64,000 bases of DNA from Lama guanicoe. Taxonomy: Eukaryota. The notes under the pieces are model-generated. The model did no database searches and was not told the origin of the DNA. It saw only the letters and a program-made list of their open reading frames with translations. The stretch spans positions 1,623,518 through 1,687,517 of the forward strand of contig MU053810.1 of the NCBI GenBank assembly GCA_013239625.1, in the 5' to 3' direction. Each line of letters starts with the position of its first letter. Within the stretch, counting starts at the first letter, position 1. Positions 15,171 through 30,889 of this stretch are shown piece after piece. Made by a program: the position numbers and the translations under genes.

Positions 15171-16867
15171 ACAACTAAAAGAAATGGTTGTAAATAAATA
15201 GGCCATTTCATAGCATCTTCCCCCACTAGACTATGTTCTCTTGAGTATTTGACCTCCCTGTATTTTTCTTGTGGTCTTTCCAGCTAGTTCTTAGGAAGGT
15301 GAGATTTCGCCCTGTGTAATTTTGGAAGACAGAAGCAGAAAAATAAAGCATGCTTCCCAGAGTGCACTGAAATAAAATCTCTCCTAGCTATCTTGCAATT
15401 TTATTACAATATGTAAATACCAGCTTTATGGGTCTGAGAGGGAATCTTTCTGCAAAGTCAGCAAAACCCATTTGATGAAAATATTTGTTTGACTCTAGCA
15501 TTGGTAATTTTAAAACAAAGCTATTCAACAGATTGTGCTTCTCTTTTTGCATCTTTATTTTTAATGACTCGTGAACCTATCTCAGCCTCTCTCCCTTTGC
15601 TCTGCCCTTGTTTGACCTGTACCTCAGCTCCCTAAATTTCAGCGAGTTGGCAACGAGATTTTCCTTCTTCTAAAATGTGCTCCTGGAAGAATTTATCACT
15701 TGAAATGGCTTTTAAATTCTTATTTAGAAAGCAGCAGGAAGATTTACATTGTTAAAAATGTATCTATGCCAACTGAAAGCAACTTTACAGATCTTTTTTT
15801 TGTTTTTCAATTGAAGCTCCCCTAGGGTCCTGTCAAAATGACCTCTCAAGGAAGAGGAAAGTTACAGGATCTCCTGGCAGGCAAAGTAACTCTTTATTGA
15901 TACTTAGCAAAACAGCTGAACCGCTCAGGCACAGAGAATCTGGATGGCTTGGTGGGTTTAAAATGGCCCCAAATTCCTTCCCATGAAAAGGAAGGACCTT
16001 TCCACCTCTTGAATCCAGGACTGCAAGGAGATTCTGATGTTTGAGGAGAATTCACGCTCCAATAAGTGTTAGCAGCATAAAAATGTAGAGTGTCTGAAGT
16101 TTGTCATTGGTGTTCTCTGGGATATTTATGTCAACACAACGAAGGTAGTATCTAGTAGCGTTTATAATTTCCAACATGCATTCACATTTATCTCAAGTGA
16201 ACTTAAAGGTTGTCACATAACTATCTTTATTCTGAATTATAGAATCTAACTAGATTCCAGTTCTAAGTATAACAAGTGATGGCAAACCTCTCTTGCAAAA
16301 TCCCACTCACTGATCTGTTTCTTATCAATGACTGCCTGACTCGGGGGTGGGGCTAAAATTGTAAACACATGAGAACTTACAAAAAAAGTAATAAGACTAA
16401 AGAAGGGTTTTATTTTTTGACTTTAAAGGAGTAAATAATATGAAAAAAAGATCTGACTAATTGTATTAATACCTGTTACTTGAAATACCAGACTGGATCA
16501 TTCTGAAATAGTAACAGTTACCTTATAAATGGGAAGACTGGCCGAGTGGTTACCAGTTGGTAGGAGGAAGCTGTCCAACTTTTCCACAAATATTGGTTGT
16601 GTGAAAATTCTCAACTGAGTTCTAATTTTTAAAAGTTGCTCCTGAGTAAGTTTTTCCATAATTCTTTTGAAATTATAGTCATCATTTCTCAATTTTTTCT
16701 AAGAAATAGGCCAAGAGAGAGAATGTGGATTTCGAAAAAGCCCTCCTATATTAGAAAGCTTGAATGATAATTTCGATTAGTATTGGAGAATTACATGAAG
16801 TTTCAAAGGTAATAAATCTAGGGTTTTTTTTACAAATCCAGACCTAATGAAGGAACTATCTGTACGA

Positions 16868-17136
16868 GCTGTAGACTGAATTCTGCCCTCCCTAAACTCT
16901 TATGTTGAAGCCCTAGCCCTAATGGGACTGGCGTCCTTATAAGAGGAGCAAGAGACACTACAGAACTTTCTCTCGGCCCTGTGGGGACAGAGAGAAGGCA
17001 GCCATCTGTAAGCCAGAAAGACAGCTTTCACCAAAAACGAGATCAGCCGGAACCTTGACTCCAGAACTGAAAGAAATAAAATTTTTAAGCTACTCAGTCT
17101 ACGATATTTTGTTATGGCAGCCTGAGAAGGCTGTTA
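16868..17136 (+). mobile_element. MaLR LTR (MLT1-like) with internal deletion
   Basis: gactgaattctgcc..tatgttgaagcccta..gtccttataagagga..gaaggcagccatctgtaagccag..ttgttatggcagcctgag. Confidence 0.8.
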
Positions 17137-18429
17137 CCCGAATTCCTGCCCAATTATGAATGCTATATCTAGAATAGAAATGTCCATATTTTAAAATTAT
17201 CATGGTCTTTTTTGATTATCAGAACATGTTGAGGTTCCCCACACCATTATTCTTGCCTCTTTCTAGGTGATTGAAAAAATACACCATAGCAAGAATTATA
17301 TAGAAATTCAGTAACGCGGTAAAATGATCACAGATTTTACGCATCACAATATATCGTGCATTTGAAAAAGAGCACACAGGTAAATAACAGCTGTGATTTA
17401 TCAGTTTGGACAGATAACAGTGTCCCCAGGGATTTTAACACGCCCTGCAACTAGTCTGTTAATTTGCCTCCAATCTTGGGGCCAATCTACAACTTACCAA
17501 TAAGGATGATTAAGTGCCTAGGGAAATGGCACTGTCCTCTACAGGTACAATAGCTGGCTCTTCAGACTACACACCTGTGTCTCTTTTAGTGAGTGTCACT
17601 GAAATAAGGCCAAAAGTCTTCTAACTCGTGCCTAGCAATTGCTCGCCATTTGCCTTGTCACTTTAGGATCTCAGAGGCTTAGCTGAAGGGCACTTTAAGA
17701 GCCATCTTAAGTTCAGATTCCTCATGTAAAGTCCAGACCTTAACTGTGGCCCTTCAGAGGCCGAAGCTGTGCTTCAACCCAGATCTCCTTTGGGCTATGT
17801 GATTGTGATGCTAATTTTGTGCATTTTGATAGAAATCTCATACACATTTTAAACCATTTTTTTCACTTGTACATTTTTTCCCCCAGGTTTTTGGAGTCTT
17901 CAAAAATCCCTTGCAAGTTGGCAGTGCACATCGTTAGCAACCACTGTTTGACTGGGGAATCCCTGGCTTGTATTTACAAAAGATAAATCAAGACGTTAAT
18001 TCACTCAGAACTGCCCCAGACTCTCTGGCCCGTTCCTTCTCACCACTCTAAGACTGGGAATACTCTCCCAGGTTCTTTCTTGCAGAGGTTAACAGTGTCT
18101 ACCAGGAACAGATAAATATGCTATATCCACGTGGAAAATACTATTTGTTTCATTTAATAAATGAATCTACACAAACGTATACCAACATACTCCAAAATTC
18201 CTGGAGCTCTAGGCCATCACTTAATTGAATTGTAGAGTTTTGATTTTGTTATTATTTGGAAAGATTATAAATAAATGTGTTATGTTTTCTTAGCTGTACA
18301 GTTTACCCCTCTCTGCATAGCATGAGAGACAATCTCATCTGAGACTGTTGTGGGGAAAATGGAAACTTTTATAATGGAAATATTGCTGGAATTCTGTATT
18401 TTATGCATAATAATCTGACATCACAAATT

Positions 18430-18430
<1 letters not shown>

Positions 18431-18464
<34 letters not shown>
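18431..18464. repeat. (AC)17 microsatellite
   Basis: Perfect dinucleotide run. Confidence 0.95.
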
Positions 18465-18467
<3 letters not shown>

Positions 18468-21400
18468 CTCAACTAATCTTACATTCTTGGAGGTCACTTA
18501 ACAAAACTCTTGTGAAGAACTGATAAAATAAATCCTGCCTACAAAGAGTCGTAAACAAGATCTTGCTGGGGGATAGACCATGCTGCAAACAGATCAAGTA
18601 GACAAAATCCTCAGAGAAATGGCAAAGGCATCTGTAAGAAACTAAAACTCTGTAGAAGACAAGCATAATGAGAGTCAGTACCATAATCTGAGATAGTCAA
18701 TAGGGGACAGAGGAACTGACTCTGATGCTTCTGACACTGTCAGGAAGTTGAATTGTATCCCATGTGATTGCTCTGAGCATCTGAAGTACCATTGCTGTGG
18801 TACTTGCTGATGGACATCGAAGGCTGTTTGAAGGTAATATATGATTGTTCCCATCGTGCTGAAATTGTGTGGGGCTAATTTAATAATCCTTTATATTCTG
18901 TTCACATGCTTTTCAAATGTGTTTAAATACATTGGTCTAATTTCATTCTTTGGCAACTTAGTGAAAAAAAGCTAAATACTGTCACTGGTTTTTTAGTAAC
19001 AGGAACACTCATGTGACCTGAACCATCTTCCCCCTCCACGTTCCCTGTGCCTCACCTTCTTCTAATGTAGCTGGGAAAGGTGGGCGTGCGGGTGGGATCT
19101 GTCTGTCACTTCTCTTTCCATGTTGTCTACTCCTTGTCTCATGGTGCCTTCAATGCTCCTAGACCAGCCGGGGACCGTCCCTCATCCCGCCGGGCAGCTC
19201 CTGCAAAGTCCAGGACTCCTGTCATCCTCCATGTGATTTGACCTCCAGCAAAAAAAGGAATTGTGCGCGCAGGGGAGTTCACACTTTCAGTCCACTGAGA
19301 TGAACTGTGTGCATGATTGACTTCACCAAAGTGACAGGGCTTACTCGTGACTAAGCCTGTGAGAGCCAGAGAGCAGACGACCTGCCTGCGAGTTTAATGT
19401 TTGAGTCCACACCACGGTTCCCTCCCCAGCCCTGCCCTGCCTCCCCTCCTCTACCCACAGCTTCGTCAGAATGTGGCTAATGTCTCAGCCTACTGCCTCT
19501 TTTTGAGATCCTTGAGAACAGTCCAAGGAATAAGTCAGCAGATTACTCTAGGATAATAACTAAGAGGAAAACACGAGCGACTCCCTAAAAGCCTGTCGTA
19601 GAATTATAGACACTGCCAAGAGCTAGCAGAGCTTGCGAAGAATTCTGCAGCCTTAGCTCCCGTACGTTCTATCAGAATGCTTCTCATTAAAAACCTGTTG
19701 TCTCTTCTATACATGAATGATTTCTGCATAAGTGAGTGAACAAAGATAGAGATGAGTTAGCAATGCTTCTGTAAAACACAACATAACATCATTTAATCCA
19801 GATTCAAACTCTAAGCAATCTTACTCTCTAAATTTAGTAGAAATGAGTATTTTCATACATTTCTGTTAACGCCAATTTCATTTACCTTAAATAGTGAAAA
19901 AATATTGCACTCTACGTCGATTAGATTCTTGAAACTGGTATTTTAAAGAGGTTTAATGGAAATATATGCATCATCCGTTTCACAGAGCAATTTTAAGTTA
20001 GTGACCTTGAAGCTCTACACTGAATATGAGTATCTAATTTATAGTGTGTTCAAGGAGGTTTCTTTACATGTTTTTCAAAGTACTTACTGTGGATATTCTG
20101 TATTATCTGTATGTCACATTGTGGTCTTGTGTGTCTTCATGTATATGTTGGTTGTTTGAGTCCAAAGAATCAACAATTAATCCTTTTAAGCATCTTCAAA
20201 GATTTTTTTAATGCTTGATGTGAAGAAAAAGAAAAGAAAGTGGTTATATACAAAGTGGTTTATTTAAAAAAAAATCAAATGTTACAGATGGGGGGGGGAA
20301 ATACTCTCCAAATCTCATCATTTAGAAATAACCACATGACAGCTTCTCCATTCCTGTGACCACGCTTGGCTCACACCTCGGTTGATCTGGGTGTGGAGTC
20401 AGGTGTTCCGTTTTTAACACAATCTTGTTTATGGTACATTTCCCCTGTATTTGAATGTATGAGAAATATGTTTGCTGCCTTTATACTTATATTACTACTT
20501 GGTTGGGCCAAAATTCCTTGAATCACAACTTCCTTCTCTCAGATTTTACAGCCATTGTTTCCACTGGATATTATGGACATATTAGACTACCTAATTTTTT
20601 TTTTTTACTCTTTATACGTGACTTGATTTGTCTTGCTAGATGCCTGTAAGACTTCTGCTTCTTTTTTTCATCTATGAGAAACCTCACCAGAAATTTTTGA
20701 AGTATTCAAATTTTTATTGCAAACTTACTTTGGACAGAGTGTATAGTTTCAAGTCTTTATTGCAGAAAAATTATTCTTCTAATGCACTTAAAAATACTTG
20801 TCTAAGCCAACTACATATATATATCAAATTATTTTAAAAGGATCTATATATATATATATATGTATCTTTTAAAATCATTTGATTATCTGACTTACTTCAT
20901 TCTTCCCCATTTCATCTTTTTTCATCTCTGTTATTTTTTTCATCTCTGTTATTTTTTTCCTGAATGTTCACAGCTCACTTTTTTTCCTTTTGCTATTTTA
21001 TCGTGTCCTTTGGTTTCTTATATCAACATGATTTTTTAGCTCTTTGTTTTTGAGGAGTTTAATATACACAAGTAATAACTTAAAATGGCTTTACCTTTAA
21101 ATGTACTAGATGGTCCTTGTGAACTCACTTATCTAAGAATGTAATACATTTGGCGTACTAGTAACACCCAAGAACCACTCAAATTATATTTCTTCATTTA
21201 TTATGAAACTATTTTTAAGAGGTAACCGACTGATTCAGGGCTAAATAAATTTTACCTAAGAACTATGATTGTTTTGGATGTCCTTGTATTTCAAATGACT
21301 AGCACAGTAGTGTTCACACAATATAGTCTTGACTTTTCAAAAATTCTCAAATGAATTCAGAGTTCAAATGCTATTACTGCAAAAGGCAATGTGAGGCTGC

Positions 21401-22489
21401 CATAAAAATGACCCAACATAAAACCAACTGAATACCCATGATGTAGACGAGAAGACATTTGGGTTAGGAATTGTGTAAACTGACGGTTGCAGAATGGTGA
21501 GGCTAAAGTTATGCTGACATTCTCTCTGTATTTTTGGTGTATGTCCTCTGTTTACAGCTGCACATTTCCAGACATGTTTGAAAAGCATGGATTCATAAGA
21601 TTTATAGCTACCTACTGTGCCATCTACTTTCAGTAACAGTTGGTTTCTAAATGAATTGGCAAGTAGGCATATCACAGTAGTGTTTTATTTTATTTTCTAT
21701 GATGTTAGAAATAGTTTCCTTTTGAGCAAAATAGGGAAATCTTTGTGCCTGAAGTGGCTCTTGATAGAGCTTTAAGTACCATTCCTCCTATAAAGGACAA
21801 GATGTGGTTTGAATAATTTAGTGGTGCTAAGCTGTCATTATTTTTGAGATATCTATGTTATGGCTTTCCTGAATAACTGAGCCAAACATCTCTCCCAGGA
21901 ATTTAACAGTTTCTGTCTCTAAATTCCTATGTAAACAATAAGTTGTCCTCCTCGTTGAATAAAGGTTGCCATGACAACTTGGCAAGCTTGTGCTATAGAA
22001 GTCAAAAAGCTTTAGCTTTCAGTGTTTTCAAAGATATGATGTTGTTTTGAGCAGCTGTGATTTACATGAAAATAAAGGTGTATGTTCACATAGCCATATC
22101 GGTAATTGTAATTAGATCAAAAAATGGATATTTTTGCAGCTAATCCATTGTTTAGCATAATGTTACTCTTAATTCTTCACGTTAACTTCAGGACGATGTC
22201 TTAATTACAGAGATGTAAGGGTTAAAGGAAATAACACAGTCATTTTAGATATTTTGATTGCAACAGTTATACTGAACTCTATCTTTTAAAGAAAATGTCT
22301 ATTTGGCAAGTATATGAGAATCTGGCAACACGATAAATGTTACGTAATCCGCCTAAAGACTACATCTGACCTCAGTGTTGCTGAACTCTATAAAAATACT
22401 AGCGATAGGGAGAAAAAACATAGTTTTTAACTTAAACGCATTGAATATTTTCTTCAAAACCACCTTTTTACACCATTCATTGAAAAATT

Positions 22490-22936
<447 letters not shown>

Positions 22937-23559
22937 TAAGTTTCTTTTTTTCTTTCTGCTGTGAAAAAACTTTTATCTTTATTAACCTATTAACATTGTT
23001 ATGATCAACTTTCAAGTATACTTAGTTCTGCACTTGCAATTTAGATTGATAATTGCATATAAGATATTACAGAAAATAAAAAGAGTTCTTTTCAGAAGCC
23101 ACTGTTAAATGTAACCATTAATGAATTAAATAAGTTAACCATTAATTTCTCCAGTAGATACGATGAATTGAGCTACGTATTCAGTTCAAAGTTGAGATTT
23201 ATCTTGGATGATTCTCAGTTTTCTTGCAATCCATGCATTTAGAGAACTTTTTAAAAAATTACATGAGTTTACTGTCTCCCATTTTACATGAGTATGTTAC
23301 TCTTGGTCTGAAAAAGACTTAACCAGAAACATTTATGATTCAGATAACACACGTAGACCAAAATATGGATTTAAATGAAGAAGTTTGAAATAAAAGAATT
23401 AAATCTAGAAGAATTCAAACATATTTTAAGCCTGGTCTCATCATTTACCAACTGTGGTTCCTTAAATAATTTAACTAGTGTGAGGCACAGTGGGGATGAC
23501 AGAGGATGTTGATACAGCATCACTCACCTTCCGTGGTCACTGATAGCCTGATCTATGTG

Positions 23560-23750
23560 TCAGGTTGAATGCTTACATGTATTAGCTTTTTCAACCTTCC
23601 CAACAATTCTATGATTTAAATATAATTGCCGTTTTCTGCAGCTAGCTATTGCAGATAAGAGAACTGAATCTTGGAAAAATCAAGTAACCGATCTAAGGGT
23701 CTCCTGCTAGTAAGCGGTTTAACTCAGATGTTAACCTAGGCAGTCAATCC
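23560..23750 (-). mobile_element. MIR SINE remnant
   Basis: aacaattctatga..gcagataagagaactgaatc..aagtaacc..ctgctagtaagcgg..aacctaggcagtc. Confidence 0.6.
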
Positions 23751-23950
23751 CCCATTCAAAATGTGTGTAAAAATTATCACACTTGGTTCTCAGAATGTTC
23801 TCTGATAATCGTTTTATCAAAGACGATGCCTGATTTAACATTTTAAAAAGAAATTTAGTTTTGCTGCCATGGATTATAGTGGTGATCTGACTATCAGTGA
23901 AGCCATGTCTTGTTCAGTTTAGCAACCTAAAGGGACAACAAAATAACTTT

Positions 23951-24339
23951 TTTTTTTCTGCTAGTACCATATTGTTTTTTTTAATTTTTATTTTTATTGA
24001 AGTATAATTGCTTTACAATGTGTTAGTTTCAGGTGTACAGCAAAGTGATTCAGTTATACATAATACATATACATATATATTTTCTTTTTCAGATTCTTTT
24101 CCATTATAGGTTATTACAAGATGTTAAATATAGTTCCTGGTGCTATACAGTAGATCCTTGTTACATATTTATATATGTCTAAATCTATTTTATATATAGT
24201 AGAGTATCTGTTAAAACTCCTAATTTTTCCCTCCCACCACCTCTTTCCCCTTTGGTAACTATAGTTTGTTTTCTATATCTGAGTCTATTTCTGTTTGTAA
24301 ATAAGTTCATTTGTACCATTTTCTTTTTTAGATTCAAAA
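23951..24339 (-). mobile_element. 5'-truncated cetartiodactyl-type L1 3' end with double poly(A) and 14-bp TSD
   Basis: tttattgaagtataattgctttacaatgtgttagtttcaggtgtacagcaaagtgattcagttatacat.., with TSD AACAAAATAACTTT at 23937-23950 and 24340-24353. Confidence 0.9.
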
Positions 24340-27300
24340 AACAAAATAACTTTAACCTTTCAAGTGCTATCACTGTTACTATTACAAAGATAAAACTAAT
24401 AGAGTAATGACTGATGTGATTTAGAGAGGCATTGATTTGATAAATGTAAAATTTCAAAAATTTCGGCCAACAGCTTTCACAGTTTAGAAGTAGATGTTCC
24501 TATATCAGGAGGTCAACTTCTAACAGTTAAAATGGAAATCAATTATAGTTCACCATGATGGTTCAGTGAAGCAGAGAAGGAAACAAAGTGGCCACCTATC
24601 CTGACTGAATTCCATCATCTCTTTTCTTCCATATTCAAGCAATCTGAGAGAAGGTGACAGATTCGAAAATGATTCAGTGTTTTAGAACAGATCTTCACAA
24701 GAAGAGAAAATGAGGAAGGTTAGATTAGGACCATATCTGTTAGGAATTTATTGCATTTGACCATCTTCCCACTATATGAGAGTGCCTAATATTATAAAAT
24801 ACACTTTGTAACAGTTTGAACATTGGTGTATCCACATGGAGATTCTATAAAGTGGTCCATCTTGTGTTGGCCACTGTGGATGAAACCTCTAGGCAAAGAA
24901 AGAATTCCATCAGTTAAAACGTTAGCAGATTTCTTCTTACGCTGTGTCTGGTGCTCTTCCAAAGGGGAAGCAGCTCGTGTGTCCTCTCTTCCCTCAGGAA
25001 AGACATATTCTCTTTGGAATAGGGTTTGCTTGCTTGCCTTGTAACAGCTCTCTGATAGTCTCAAGAAAATTTATGATGCTATAAATGATCCATTTCTTTT
25101 TCTTATTGTGATTGTGAGAGTGACATTGTTTGTTGCTTGCAACACCACAAGTTGGCTTAAATTCAAATGGAAAGACTGGAATAACTTACCCTGTGCTCCA
25201 TGCATTGATTTTTAAATACATATCACTGGTTGAAGCCTTTGACTGCTCTGCCACTGTTTTTCCATAAGAATCGAAGCCATTATTAAACATTTCCTAGTGT
25301 GAGAGATTGGTCCTATACCTGCTTTCCCTGTCACCACCACCAAGACACACATGCACACACACACACCGCATGCACATCCAGGTACACAACTGTGATTTAC
25401 AACACTAGAACTGATAATATCCTTAATTCCTTTTTTGGGGAAAAAATTGCCCCTTGGATTCCTTCATTTAAGAAAGTTTTACATCTTGGAACCTATACAT
25501 TTACTTACTAAAATATTTTAAAATATTTTTCCACATTCTTGCATAAGTATGACTGTTAAATATTAGTTTGAAGATTTGCAAATTGTAGAGAGTGACCCAT
25601 GTTTTAGTATTGCTTTGTTTGGCCTCCCCACCTTTCCAATCCTGCCTTGTTCTCTTGGCTCCATTTCTATTACCCTTGAAGTAGAACCAGGTTTTCAGAG
25701 GTGATGACAGAATTGCAGTGTTGGGGTGGTGTTATGGCCAGGGGCTCAGTAATGCCCACATGTACCCCCTTCCCACCCATCTCCGCACACGTGACATGGC
25801 ACCCAGCCACAGCTGCTCTCCCCTGCCATGTTGAGACGCTTAACCACGAGGGAGAATGGCAAACGGGAAACAGTGATCCACTTTATTGATTAGGTTCCTG
25901 ATATCATAATCATAATCTTTGATGAAAAGCTCTCCAGTAGGTTGACTGGAAACAGGATCTAAGTTTAAGCCCTAAGGGAAGAGGGGAGTTGCTTAAATCT
26001 TATCACCAAGTGATGTAATTTGCATACCATCCTGTCAACAAATCAGACAAAAAAGAGAAAAGATTTGGCAGCCTCAGGGGGCAGTTGGGCAACTAATCCA
26101 GCGCTGGGCAAACAGGAAATGGAGTGAGAGAGCTGAGGACTGGATTTCCTGAAGATGCAGCTTCCCTTCCCTTCAGACTGGATCAGAGGAAGGCACAGGA
26201 GTGCCTGACCTGGAAACATAATTTTTTAAAGAAATATTTTCCCCTTGGCCACCAGCATTTATAAATGTGATCTAAACAATATTTTGGAATCTTAGATTAA
26301 TATTCTAGAAAAGGAGGAATATGGAAAGAGAGGAAGAGTTTTCTGTTTTCTCCCATTCACAATAATGTCATACCTTCAGAGCAGAGTAAGACTTAGAAGT
26401 CATTTAATTCACATTTTTTTCACATGCCAAAACACATGGCTATCTATTTCCTTTTAGAATGTAAACTAAAATGATTAGTATTTGTGTTACATATGTATGC
26501 AGTAATTTGATTACATGTTCCTTCACATCTCCCCATAGTCCCTTTTCTATTTAAATCTCATTGTTCTTTTTGGTTTAAATAGCATTTCTTAAATCATGTT
26601 TGCCATAAAAACAGATGTTAAAACCTAGTGTCACAGTTGAACACTTTAAAGAAAGGAGGTCATCTTCACAGATAAAGAAAAGTGAAAAATATGTGTCAGT
26701 CCCTATCATATGACAAGCAATGAGCCGGGCACCTTACATTCAAATACTGATACTTTGGGGGTTTTGTTCCTTATTCAAAGTCCCCTGGTTATCAAGCTGC
26801 AGATCTGGAAGTTTCTAACTACAAACCTAGGAACCAGTTTGGACTTCTTTCTTTCCTTCTATGAGGACCTTCAAATTCCACAATTTTGAGATTTTCTTCT
26901 ATACTTTTAGATCCATATTGTTTATGGTTGGCACACAGTCTGATTCAACAGCCAGATCAAAGCAGGCAGGTCTGTGTAAATACACATAGTTTATAAATGA
27001 GCACAACAGAAGGGACACTGGCCAGAGGACCAGGCTAGGGGACCAGAGGGAGAACCAGAGAGAGAACCCTCCACAGGGACAGGTGCTTTCATAGCACCCA
27101 AAGCCCTAGACCCCAAGAGGGCCTCAAGCCACCTGCTCCACTGTATGCCTCTTGCCCCTTCTGAGCCCGGGGCATGGCTGGAGACCAGGTGCACCGGCAT
27201 GTGGGCACAGCCACCCATGACTTGGTACCTCTCTTGGCCTCTGGCTCAACCCAGCAGGGCTCAGAGAATTGGACCTGCCCTCCTTGCCTTTCAGCAGGGA

Positions 27301-30300
27301 CCAGGGAGAGGAGGCGCTGGGGCAAGTAGGATTATTTCCCTGAAATTATGATGGAAAGGAGTGATGAAGAATCATTTTGCCTTATGAAACCACAGTTGAT
27401 GAAGTTCTGATTCACAACTTCTGGAGAAGCACCACGGTCCCCGTGGAAGGCATCTAGGGTTACAGAAGTTATGAGACCTGGGCTCCGAAGCTCATGTTCT
27501 CAGGTTCTGGCCTTTCTGCACCTCAATTTTATAACCTGGGACAAAGGCAAAAAATGCCTGCCTTGACCATCCTCCAGTGCTGTTTGAAGAATGAAAATGA
27601 AATAGATACGAAAGGACACTGAAAATGTCAAACAACAATGAGATAGTGAGGCACTGTTGTTTGAGAGTCCTAATTCTTTACAACAAAAACCAGCAACCCC
27701 CAAATAAGTTAATTTCTAAGTAATCTACAAGCATCTTTCTCTACAGATAGATAGAAATGTATCTGTATATTTATATCTGTATTATATTTCTATATAACTT
27801 TTTGCCAAGAAATTGCCAATGTGCTTTTTGCCAGATACACGCTGGCTTTTAAAAAAAAATTATGTTGGTAAAAAGATTGATTCTTCATATAAGAAACACC
27901 AGCAAAATGAAATGAAATCCTGTTCTCCTATCTCTCTGTCACAAAGCAGGTAAGATTTTTGATGAACCCTGTATGATTGTGGATGGCAGACTGTTTTAAA
28001 TTTTAAAAATTGGACTGGTCTCCGTGGGGATCCTCAGACTACTTGAATATACATAGAAACTTTCATTAAACAAAAATTAGGTTTTCTGGAGTTTTTTTTC
28101 CCCCCCAGAAAAATAACATCATTTCAACTAGCATTCCCATCAGTCTTACATCTGCATAATGTTGATGTTTGGATGCCTGTGGTGACTTTAGTCCATTTTT
28201 TCTCATGTTGCACAATTTCATTTTTTTTCTGTGCATCAGAAAAATCTGTTGATGACTGCTTATTTTTCTAAATGGTTAACTCAAAAGACAATTTAATTTG
28301 CTATCTCTATTAGGCTATTATCCAGACCACACATTTCTGCCTGAGTCCTGTTCACAGTGTCCAACCATAAGTTGCTTTTATTTATTTTTAGTTTTGACTG
28401 GTTGAATAAACTTGCTGCATTCTGTCTTGTGAGTTGTTTCATTTCAAGTGAGATGTACACAGTTCACCAACCTGGCCTTACTTGTCTTCATTCACAGGAT
28501 TTCCCTCTAGGTTAATAACAGATGGGGATGAGTTGTTATATGCGTATGTCTCTAGAGTTTCATTTTGGTTTAATTTATATTATCATTATCATCATCATCA
28601 TCCTGATGTCATTTATCAATTTTGAGAGTAATTCCCTTTGTCTTGAAGAAAGTATTATTTGAGGGCCTTTTATGGAAAACAAAGCCTTCTTTTGTTCCAT
28701 TCCACAAAGTGCATATGCAATCAGAGTAACTGAGTTCTGCGTACCAGGCAAGAGAGCTGGACCACCTGCCTCAAAGCTAGTGGACATGGGAAGATCCATT
28801 CACTCTTCCACCAATAGCATTAACAACACAGGTTAAACTTTCCCATTTAATATTTTAGACATCAAAGGGGCTTTGGAAATTCTTGAAGACAGCAGCCTTA
28901 TGAATACAGTGCTCAATTTTTACCTATATTACAAACCTTCGTTTTTGAAAGCAAGAACATACCTTCTGTTTAAAAACTCATGCTTGAGTTCATCGTATTT
29001 CAGTTCAGTTGAATCTCATTTCTCCTTATTGTGTCTTTGGCACAGGATAGGGGATGTTCTTGACGTAAAGTTAGACTCCTAGGAGGTGATCATACATTCT
29101 CTGTTACCAATGATGGCTGTGAAATAATCCTAGATAGATAAATATCTACTCAGCTTTTTAAAGTTACAAGTGAGGTGAATACTTGAGGTTTCTGTGAAAC
29201 CCTTTTGGAAGGTTTTACATTAATCTTTTATAATCTTAAGGGCTGCTAAAAAGGGACCCCGCAGACGTGCAGCCATGTCTCAGGTGGAGTAAATTTACTC
29301 CTTTCTTTCATCCTAGATTCTCTTCTGTGACCTATTTTTGATCATCTTTTCTGAGATCTCTCTAGGACCCCATGAAGACTTAACAAGGTTAATTTTACAT
29401 AACATGACTGCAAAACATATTCTCATCCTGAAGTTATTCAATGATAAAGCTTTCACAGGGCTTTTTTGCAAGGAAAATGTTTTGTAGCACAGAAAAGTTA
29501 GCAAAATATAGATGGACTATAATGCTCCTTAAGAGTGAATCCAACTAAAAGCAAGTAAGCGTAATTCTTGTGAAAAAACTTAAATTATAGAAGATAAGAG
29601 ACTTAAGACATTTCAGGATTGAGATTTCCTGGACAAGTTAGTATTTTAGTATCTCTTAAAAAATATTTTTATACCTATTTTCAATATCTTTATTTTTGTC
29701 TGATTCTTCTTCCTAAATTAAAGCCTGTGACTTAGGTGGTGGATGGTTACTCTAGGCAAAATGGTCAGGATCTCGCAGGGTTTGTTTTTATAAATTGCCT
29801 TCCCATCTGAACTTCTGCGGTGCCTGGAATTCCAGCCCCAGAAAGTGGGCGTCTCTTTCTTGCCTGAAGGTGCTCTGGCCCAATGCCATTGGGACCAGAA
29901 GAGGAACACTTTTAGCCACTCACAATTAGTGATGGATTGCCAGGAATTTCACATCATGCCGCCACCACCTGAGAAGAGATGCCAAGTAAGGTTCACCCCG
30001 ATGAACAGGCTGAGTTTGGGCACCTGGGTCCTGATCCCTGCAGGGCATGCTGTGGATACTGTACCGGTAGGGTGTCCTAAAGGGGCAGCTCTCGGAAGCT
30101 GTGTCAGGAGGCTTCAGTTTTCTTGGCTTTTGAAAAACCCAGAAGTTGGCCACTGTGGCAAAATGTTAAGAATTAGTGAATCTGCATAAATAATGTAGAG
30201 GCTCTTGGCCTTATTCTTGTAACTCTTAATTTGTAATGATTTCCAAGTAAAAAGATTAAAAAAAAAAGATGAAATGTTAGCAGAGGAGGATGAAGAGTTA

Positions 30301-30408
30301 AAATTGGAGTTGTCGTAAATTCTCATTTCGGTCTGTAGTCAAGTTCTGAATTATTTAGTCACCCTTCTGATGAACTCTGCCTGCACTGAATTCTAAATTT
30401 TAACACCT

Positions 30409-30880
30409 TGTTACCAGCAAGGGCTCCCTGCCTGACACGCATAGAAGCCAATACCGTGAAACCCGGTGTTTGAGAAAGGAGGGAGCTTTATTGCTAGGTT
30501 GACTGGCAAGGAGACAGGAGGCGGGGCTCAAATCCATCTCTCAGATCCAAGGTTGCAGCGAATTTTAAGGGGTTAGGGAAATTTCAAACTCGGAAGCTGA
30601 CTGGCTAGTTTCAAAGTACTTGCGCTGCTGGAAGCTGAATTTTCCTTATCAGAGGATGTCTCATTTCTTAAAGGGCCCCAGGGGCAACACTTCTATTTGA
30701 CTTTTATCAACTGAAGATTCTTGGTTCTGGGATCAGCCTGGAGACATGGATTTCGGTCTTGCACATGCCCAGTGCTGTCTCTATAAAGTAACTCAGGTTT
30801 GATTCATCAAAAACCTGTTTTAAGGAAGCAATCCAGTTCAAGCTGGGCAGTGATTTACAGTTGAGGGGCAGCTTGATAGA
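30409..30880 (-). mobile_element. Probable ERV1-class solo LTR
   Basis: Begins tgttacc, contains ctttattgc (antisense AATAAA) and ggcaaggagacaggaggcggggctcaaatc. End approximate. Confidence 0.55.
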
Positions 30881-30889
30881 GTGTTGAAA

